NCBI GenBank assembly: GCA_023136265.1
Contig: JAGLRN010000025.1
Location: forward strand, 12,470-76,469
DNA: 64,000 bases
Reading direction: 5' to 3'
Source: Thermoplasmata archaeon
GTDB lineage: Archaea; Thermoplasmatota; Thermoplasmata; RBG-16-68-12; JAGMCJ01
In this document: piece by piece, positions 1-7,700 of the stretch
Position numbering within the stretch: position 1 is the stretch's first letter
How the letters are laid out: each line of letters begins with the position of its first letter
Notes under the pieces: generated by a model
What the model was told of the DNA's origin: nothing
Databases searched by the model: none
Seen by the model: only the letters and a program-made list of their open reading frames with translations
Made by a program: the position numbers and the translations under genes

Positions 1-41
1 CCAGTTAGGGCCGTCACAGGCAACGGACCTAAGGGCGGCTG

Positions 42-3000
42 TCACGGAAAGGGACCCAGAACAGTATCCACTTCGCGTTCCAGCAGATTGAGCTGGTGTT
101 CATCGAGTGTCGAAGGATTGACAGATATCAGGAGAATGGACCTGTTGATGGCGACCTGGTCGCGAAGGGATTGGATGAGTCGCAGGACGGTTATGAAGTT
201 GTTGTTCGTAATCAGGTATTCGATGCCGTCGAGGAGCACGACGCCGGATTTCTTCGTGATGAACTGCTCGAGGGAAAGGCTCAGTTTCTCCAAGTCCTTG
301 GGGCGGACCGAGTCCTCTTTCCCAACATTGCTTAGCCAGAGTATGGGAACATCTTCAAGGCCGTATGCCTCCCTCACTTTGTCAGGGAAAACGCGAGTGA
401 CGCAGAAGCCAGGTTTCCCTTTCTGGATGCTCTTCAGGAGCATTCTGAATGTGTACTCTGACCTCTCTTCCTTGACGAGATATGTGAAGGCGTCACTTAG
501 ATCGGGGACCTCGGCCTCTGCGACTGTGGGTTCAGGTTCCTCAACCTTGACTTCTGGTTTCCCTGTCACAGGTTCGGGTTCTTCGGCGGTCTCCTCGACC
601 GGTTCCTCGACTGCCCCCTCAACCTCCTCGGGAGCCTCGGGAGCAAGCTCTTCGGGGACTTCAGCCTCAACCGGGGGAGCTTTCTCCGGCTCCTCCTCGG
701 CGGGGACCAGCGATGTTCCGCACCGTCGGCACACGGTCGCCTCAGCCTCGACCTTCGTCCCGCAGAGCGGACAAACATGCTCGACTTTGCCGAAGTGGTC
801 AGCGAGAAGGAATGCAAGGCTCTCGCGTATGCCCTCGACCTGCCGTATCTCTTCGAGGTCGGCACCAGCGAGTCTGTCATAGTCGTATCCTTTCGAGAGC
901 AGCCACTCCGCATTCTCCGCAGAGACTCCCCCGATGCGCGTGAGGGTGTCGATCTTGTCCTTAATTACTGTTGCTGCCGCAGCCTCCATGAGCTGGGCCC
1001 CACAGTGCTCGCATATGATGGCTTCCGCCGAAACCTCGTTCTTACACTCCGGGCAGATGTGCTTATCTTCTTCGACAGACTCCCCGCACCGCGGGCAGAC
1101 CGTCGTTCCCGTGGACAGGTCTATGTCGCAGAAGGGACAGACGAAAGCGCGGTAGGCCCTTTCCTCGGGAGAGAGAGATAGGAAGTTTTCAATCCTCCTA
1201 ACATCGAGCTCATCTATTCCCTCGATCTCCCCGAGTTCTCCACTCGTGGCCTGTTCCAGAGAGGCGAGGCTATTGTACCCTGCATCATACATGAGCACCG
1301 CTTTCTTTTCATTGATACCTGGAATCTGTGTGAATGTGATTAACGCCTCCTTCATGTAGAGAGGCGTGATACCGATGGTGACCACCTCTCCCTCGATGTT
1401 CCATTCGACGACGTACTCTTCGTCGACATCTACCTTCGAGAGATGCATATCTCTTGACCTTGTCTCAGTTGCTATGAATTCCTTCCATTTGGCTATCAGT
1501 CTCAGCAGTTCCTCTCTTCCCTTTATTTTGGTGCTCACGAAATCCTCGACATCGAGGTCAATCTCTTTCCTCATCTCCTGGATTCTCCGGATGGTCTCGC
1601 GGGCGAACCCTTCGCCCTTGATTTCCGGAGTGATTTCCATATCAACAAATATCTCACCCTTGTCGTGGACCACGCTCATGACGTTCTTGGGCAGCTTCAT
1701 TCCGATCTCGACCATGCTCGGGTCAATCCGGATCACATGGCCTTCTATTCCAAGCACGTATTGACCTTTCTTTATCTCTTTGGCGACGGTCTCGGCAGGT
1801 CGGCTCTCAATGAGGGTCGCAATCTTGCTGGACCACTGCTTGTAGGCCTTTCCGATCGCGGCTTCCTTCGGTCGGATCTGGAGAACGTAGTCATCGAAGT
1901 CTTGACCTGGCTGCAGAATGTCCAACTCCTTGCAGTTGGTCTGATTCGCGAATACGTCACGAAGGACGTCGAAAGCCTTGTATGCGGAAGCGTCAGCTGG
2001 CTTCACCGTGATCTTTCTCACCGGCCAGCGGAGTTTGAGTCCCTGTTTCTGCCTGACCTTCAGCACGACCTCAACGATTCTCTGGATTACCTCCATCTGA
2101 TCCTCAAGCTCGGAATCGATTCGCGACTCGTCAGCCTCTGGCCAGTCGCACATGTGAACCGTCAGTTTCGTTCCATCCAAGTTCTGGTAAATGGCCTCCG
2201 CGATGTGCGGGGTAATCGGCGCCAATATCCTCGCGGTTGTAGTGAGGCATTCGTGAAGGACCTTGTAGGCAGAAAGCTTGCTTTTATCCTCTTCTTCAAG
2301 CCATGTCCGGCTCCTGATCAGTCTGACGTACCATCTGGACAGGCTGTTCAATATGAAGTCCTCGACCTCACGGCAAGCCTTGTGGATGTTGTAGTTCTCG
2401 AGTTCCTCCTCTGTGAGGATCTTGACCTTCTCCAGTCTCGAGAGTATCCATCGATCCTCGGGTCTCATGTGATCGGAGAGCTCGTCCAGGGACCACTTTC
2501 CAGGGTCGAAATCATCTATGGCCATGTAGGTGGATGCGAACCTCTGAACATTCCAAAGTATGTTCAGCGTCCTCTTGGCGTTCTTCACCTCATCCATCTG
2601 GAAGCTTATATCCTCCCAAGGGGCGCTGGTTCTGAGAAGATAGAATCTCAGAGCATCGGCGCCGAACTCATTGACTATTCCGGAAGGTTCTATCGTATTC
2701 CCCCGACTCTTGGACATGGGCAGGCCTTCGGAATCGTTCAACCAACCGTGCACAAGGACAGACTCGTAAGGCGCCCTGTCGAACGCTATCACTCCAGCCC
2801 CCAGCTGTGAATAGAACCAGCCTCTCGTCTGGTCGGGCGCCTCCGTAATCCATCTCGCCGGCCACCATCTCTTGAATCCGTCTCTTCTCCCAGGATATCC
2901 TAGCTGTGCCCATGAGCAGACTCCCGAGTCGAACCAGACATCGAGAATGTCGGTAATCCTGTGCATTTTCTTCTTGCAGGCTGGGCAAGTGAACACAACC

Positions 3001-4514
3001 ACATCAATGGAAGGTCTGTGAAGGTCCATTCCCTCGACATAGTTCTCCCCTTCCCTCAGTTCCGAGGAGGATCCGACGACGGTCATCTCCCCGCACTCGC
3101 ACTCCCAAATCGGAAGAGGGATGCCCCAATATCTCTGTCTCGAGATGCACCAGTCCCTTGCGTTCTGCACCCAGTCGTATTGTCTCGAAGCTCCCGCCCA
3201 TTCGGGCGTCCAGTGGATCTTGTCCACCTCCTTGAGCATCTTGTCTTTGAGCCCCTTCACCTTCAGGAACCACTGTTCCGTGACGCGGTATATGATCGGT
3301 GTCTGGCATCTCCAACAGTGCCCGTATCTGTGTGTGATCTCCTCTTCGTTGAAAAGGGCCCCTGAGGCCTTCAGATCATCGATTATCTTTCGATTGGCTT
3401 CCCTGACATGCATAGTCCTGTAGTCCCCGGCGTCCGTTGTGAAGTATCCCCTCTCATCCACTGGACAGAACGCCGGAAGGTCATGCTGCACGCCGATGTC
3501 GAAATCCTCAGGACCGTGGCCGGGGGCCATGTGGACAATTCCGGTGAACTCCTCCGCAACTATGTCGGATGCCAGAACCTTGTGGACCCAGTTTCCCCGT
3601 ATCTCATCCAGATAAGGCACATTGCTGGACAACGGATGCTTGTATTCAAGGCCGACGAGTTCCTTGCCAGGCACAGTCTCCTTCACGTCGTAGTTCAGGA
3701 CCTCCGGTGTGTCCATCACCTGCTCGACGCTTCCCTCGTAGAGCCATACGTATCGGCGGCTGCCTTCCTGGGTGACCAGCACCTTCACGTAGTTCAGATT
3801 AGGATGAACGGCCGCGGCCAGATTGGCGGGAAGCGTCCACGGCGTCGTCGTCCAGACGAGGATGTACTCGTCCTCGCGATCGACCAGCGGGAACATCACG
3901 TAGAGCGAAGGGTCGGTCTCGTCGAAGTACTCGATCTCGGCCTCCGCAAGGGCCGTCTCGCACCTCGGGCACCATTGAAGAACCCTCTGGGCCTGGTCAA
4001 GCAGTCCCTTCTCGTGGGCTTTCTTTATCGTCCACCACGCGCCTTCCATGTAGGAATTCTCGATCGTTCTATAGGGATTGTCCCAGTCCATCCAGACACC
4101 CAGTTCCTCGAACTGCTGGGTCATCTTCTCCTGGAACTGAAGAGCGAAATCCTTGCAGGTCTCCACGAACTTCTTGATTCCCAGCTCCTCAATCTGCTTC
4201 TTGTTCATGATGCCAAGAGAACGCTCGACCTGGACCTCGATCGGCAGGCCGTGCATGTCAAAGCCAGGCTGGTCCCTGACATTGTATCCATGCATGCGCC
4301 TGAAGCGGATGAATAGGTCCTTTATTATCTTGTTCCAGGCGGTTCCAAGGTGCGCGGACTCCGTTGTGTAAGGAGGTCCGTCCAAGAAGAAGTAGTCCTC
4401 GCCTTCCCTTCTGCTCTGTATGGTCTTTTCATACGCCTTGGATCTCTTCCAAAAGTCCCTTACCCTCTTCTCAATCTCATATGGGCTATATTCTTTTTCG
4501 GCTTGCTTTATCAT
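42..4514 (-). CDS. ileS: Isoleucine--tRNA ligase (archaeal/eukaryote type) with long C-terminal extension (HhH pairs, zinc ribbons, acidic linker, DUF835-like domain)
   Basis: FLDGPPY..HLGTAWNK (HIGH), GFDMHGLPIE, WTTTPWTLPAN, GIVHMAPGHG, DWCISRQRYWGIP, DQTRGWFYS, PMSKS (KMSKS). After about aa 1050 come HhH motifs, CxxC pairs and a DUF835-like VLLDGIEYLI motif. Confidence 0.97.
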   Translation of the reverse strand: MIKQAEKEYSPYEIEKRVRDFWKRSKAYEKTIQSRREGEDYFFLDGPPYTTESAHLGTAWNKIIKDLFIRFRRMHGYNVRDQPGFDMHGLPIEVQVERSLGIMNKKQIEELGIKKFVETCKDFALQFQEKMTQQFEELGVWMDWDNPYRTIENSYMEGAWWTIKKAHEKGLLDQAQRVLQWCPRCETALAEAEIEYFDETDPSLYVMFPLVDREDEYILVWTTTPWTLPANLAAAVHPNLNYVKVLVTQEGSRRYVWLYEGSVEQVMDTPEVLNYDVKETVPGKELVGLEYKHPLSSNVPYLDEIRGNWVHKVLASDIVAEEFTGIVHMAPGHGPEDFDIGVQHDLPAFCPVDERGYFTTDAGDYRTMHVREANRKIIDDLKASGALFNEEEITHRYGHCWRCQTPIIYRVTEQWFLKVKGLKDKMLKEVDKIHWTPEWAGASRQYDWVQNARDWCISRQRYWGIPLPIWECECGEMTVVGSSSELREGENYVEGMDLHRPSIDVVVFTCPACKKKMHRITDILDVWFDSGVCSWAQLGYPGRRDGFKRWWPARWITEAPDQTRGWFYSQLGAGVIAFDRAPYESVLVHGWLNDSEGLPMSKSRGNTIEPSGIVNEFGADALRFYLLRTSAPWEDISFQMDEVKNAKRTLNILWNVQRFASTYMAIDDFDPGKWSLDELSDHMRPEDRWILSRLEKVKILTEEELENYNIHKACREVEDFILNSLSRWYVRLIRSRTWLEEEDKSKLSAYKVLHECLTTTARILAPITPHIAEAIYQNLDGTKLTVHMCDWPEADESRIDSELEDQMEVIQRIVEVVLKVRQKQGLKLRWPVRKITVKPADASAYKAFDVLRDVFANQTNCKELDILQPGQDFDDYVLQIRPKEAAIGKAYKQWSSKIATLIESRPAETVAKEIKKGQYVLGIEGHVIRIDPSMVEIGMKLPKNVMSVVHDKGEIFVDMEITPEIKGEGFARETIRRIQEMRKEIDLDVEDFVSTKIKGREELLRLIAKWKEFIATETRSRDMHLSKVDVDEEYVVEWNIEGEVVTIGITPLYMKEALITFTQIPGINEKKAVLMYDAGYNSLASLEQATSGELGEIEGIDELDVRRIENFLSLSPEERAYRAFVCPFCDIDLSTGTTVCPRCGESVEEDKHICPECKNEVSAEAIICEHCGAQLMEAAAATVIKDKIDTLTRIGGVSAENAEWLLSKGYDYDRLAGADLEEIRQVEGIRESLAFLLADHFGKVEHVCPLCGTKVEAEATVCRRCGTSLVPAEEEPEKAPPVEAEVPEELAPEAPEEVEGAVEEPVEETAEEPEPVTGKPEVKVEEPEPTVAEAEVPDLSDAFTYLVKEERSEYTFRMLLKSIQKGKPGFCVTRVFPDKVREAYGLEDVPILWLSNVGKEDSVRPKDLEKLSLSLEQFITKKSGVVLLDGIEYLITNNNFITVLRLIQSLRDQVAINRSILLISVNPSTLDEHQLNLLEREVDTVLGPFP

Positions 4515-4625
4515 CGCAATCCTCCTGTGAGGTATTCCGACGCAGCTGCACTTTTTTCATCGGTGCAACCGCAACTGGTCCATACCCAAGACCGCGTATT
4601 TAACTGTATGCCAGATAGTTGGGAG

Positions 4626-4731
4626 GGCCGGGACCGAGAATTCCAGAGCCTCAGCCATCTCTGAGGTTCGTTTGAACTCGGGACAAGGGATCCACAGTCC
4701 CTGAGGATAACCAGGCTACCCCACCCCGGCC
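4626..4731 (-). tRNA. tRNA-His(GTG) with genome-encoded G-1 and a 31-nt intron at position 59/60 (4640-4670)
   Basis: Reverse strand reads G-GCCGGGG TG GGGT AGCCTGGTT ATCC TC AGGGA CT GTG GA TCCCT TGTC CCGAG TTCAAA [intron] T CTCGG TCCCGGC C. The cloverleaf is complete once the intron is removed, and the discriminator is C73. Confidence 0.93.
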
Positions 4732-4770
4732 ACTCAGCGTTTGATATATCACCTCAGATAAAGACTTTCC

Positions 4771-7700
4771 TCAGGCGGGACTTCCCGCTTCTTGCGATTG
4801 CCTCAAGGAAATCATGAATGTCTCGTCAGCGACCTGCCATTCTATTGTGTATCCATCCTCGCCTTCTATGTTCTCTTTGGTCACGAAATCGAGGCTCTTC
4901 GAATTCGTCTCTCGAGCGATTCTATCTTTCTGAGACTCAAGCTCCGCAAGGAGATCCTCATTCGCGGATATCTTCACTTCGACACGCTGCTCGTCTTCGA
5001 GATTCATGTCGCTCCTCATTTCCAGTATTCTTCCCACTATCTCGGTTGTGATGGACAGCTCATCCGCTCCGTCGGCCTCGGCTCCTTCTGCCAACCCGGA
5101 GGATGGTGTAGAATCGTCTGCTTCTGCGGTTTGGGGGAAACTGACGTACAGGGATCCGCCACTGAACTTCCGTCTCACGACGTTGTCTGGCAACAGAATC
5201 TCGAAGGAAACCATGCTTGGGCTGATCTCCACGCTCTGCCCCTCGATTCCCAGGAAGTACGCGCCCTTGTCAAGCCCTCTCTTGATCTTCCAGGCCGACT
5301 GGGATTTGAGCAGCGTCTCAATCTTCCTGGCCCAGAACCTGTATTTCCCCAGGATCATGTCCAAGTGGGGGATGGCCTCAATCTTGAGCCCGTCCCATTC
5401 ATCGCCCACGGGGACTGTTTCCAATCCCCTTATGTTGGCTTCGCCCTTGATCACTCTCTCAAAAGTCTCCACCGTTTCCCTGATTTCTTGAGTGTCTGGA
5501 AGCACGGCAACGAGAACGGGAACGTCCGAATCCACTACCTTCTCAGACCGAGCCGTCTCGACCGCACTAGTGATCCCGTTTATAAGGGCCAGGTAGTCCC
5601 TGAGCTTCTCCTCGTCATCCAGCTCTCCGACTTCGGATTTGAGGATTTCCACGCTGAGCGCAGAGAAGGCTTCGTCCCGGGTCATGCCGGGAGGCATCTC
5701 TCCCTCCTCCCCCTCTGCCGTTGGTATTGACTCAGCCACCTTCTTCCAGATGTCCTCGTAACCCATTTCCTCTATTTCCTTCGTTATGTCGGAGATGAGC
5801 TTTTCGGCTTCGTCCCTGGCGAGAGCGGGCTCGGGGGTTCTTCCAAGACCGAAAGCTCTGGATATCACACTGTCATCGAGAGCGCCGAGCTCTGCACCCG
5901 GGAACTCACTCATGAAGAGTAGCCTCCTTACGATCTCTCGGATTCCCTCCAGTCCTTCCATGCTCCCGTTCCAATCGAGGAGGACCCCACCGTAGGTCCC
6001 CTCTATCTCCTTCAGAATCTCGATTATGTAGAGCGACAGCAACCTGGGTTCATCTCCCATGACGACGGCGGCAAGGTGGACGGACTTCCCTCTCTCTACT
6101 AGGACCTTGCTCTCTCCGAAGTCGAGTTTGGAAAGACCGGTGCTTCCCTGCTGTGAGAAGGAGTCCTTCACGAAGCTCTGAACCGCCCCGATCATGGTGC
6201 TGAACTTCTTCTCGTTCAGGTCTTCCCTGTACTTCCTGGATTCGCGTACGACCAGGTTGCCCTGATTGTGTATCAGGAAGACATCCTCAACGAGATATGT
6301 TCCGGCATTCTCGACATTCAAGTTCTCTTGGGCATATGTCTCGTAGTTCTTGTCGTCAAAGGGACGCCTGTAGGATATGCTTGCATCGATCGGTATTTCA
6401 CCCGACTTTTTGGGCTTTATGCCCACATCGAGGTGCTTCTTCTCGTTGACATCCATTTCGGATATGGGTTCAAGACCCTTCACTTCGAAGTCACCGTCGA
6501 GCCTGACCTCAACATCCTTTGCTCCCAGGTTTCCTCTGTTCTCAACTTCGACACGATACCGGTTCCACGCATCCTCCTGGAACCCTTTCTTCGGCAGACG
6601 GACATGGAGCCTGGGCCTCTTGTCCTTCAGGAACTCATCGATCTTCTCTCCGGCAGAGCTCTCGACTGCCATGATGATGCGCTCCAGCTCGTCCAGATTC
6701 CCTTCATCTAGAATGGACCGAGCGTCGGACGTCAGTTGCGTTTCTTCTTCAACGCCCAGACCTGCTTCCTTCGCCCTGTTCACCAGAGTAACGATTTCAC
6801 TGAGGCGTTTTTCGGCCTCGGCGAGGAGAAGCTTCTTCTTGATTTCCTCAACAGGGGATTCGAGCCGCTCGAGGTAAGCCTCCATCTTGTCAATGTCGTC
6901 CGATTCGAGTACTTTCCTTGCATCCACCATGAGGCCATTGGCCTCGGTAACGTCGAAGCCGACCTCACGGGCTTTGGCCACAATGGAGGTCAGTGAATCT
7001 ACTCTCCTTTCGATCTCGCCCTTCCAGCGCTTGTTCCTCGACTTCTCAACAACTCCTCCTACGGAGGCGAGTAGGCTTGAGACCTCATCGACATCGGAAG
7101 ACTGGTAGGACGATTCAGCAGACCTGAGAAGACGCTCGGCCTCGAAGACATCGAGACCTTCCTGCTTAGCTGCCTCCACAAGGAGTCTTGCTTCGCGCAT
7201 ATTCTTCTCGGATTCGAGTCTCTCGATTTCCAAGCCGCCCCTGCTTATGATGTCCTTTATCCTGTCGATAATAGACGTGATTGTCGCAAACTGCCCGGTG
7301 TTAATCGCCTGCGTGGCTATCTCAAACAGCTCCTCTGCTTCATTCATCCTTATTCCAAGCTCATTGGCCTTGTCGACTATTTCCTTGGCAGCTGCAAGCT
7401 GGTCCTCCACCATTGCTATGTATTGGACTCTCGCCGAATTGGCGCTGTCCTCCGCCTCTCGAACGAGATCCCAGGCATTCTTCCAGTCTTGCTTGTCCAT
7501 GTTTTCCATAGCGTCCTGAATCAGTATCTCGGCCTCTGTGATGTCGGCTCCCGCTTTCTTCGCCTCCTCAATGGCGCCAATAGTCTGGACAACCCTGCTC
7601 TTTTCCAGTCCGACGAGGTCGGCGCCAGCGGCGTCGGAGACGTACATCAGTCTCCTGATAATTTCATCTACCCCCTCGAGCTCCGTGAGCAGGCCACTCC

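Noticed and set aside
520-700. Low-complexity Glu/Pro/Ala repeats in the IleRS linker as a possible DNA repeat array
   Set aside because: It is a protein-level disordered linker with no fixed-period nucleotide repeat.
4340-4380. IleRS HIGH region reads TTESAHLGT and KMSKS reads PMSKS, raising possible inactivation
   Set aside because: HLGT and MSKS cores and all other catalytic and editing motifs are intact, so the variation is within a plausible range.
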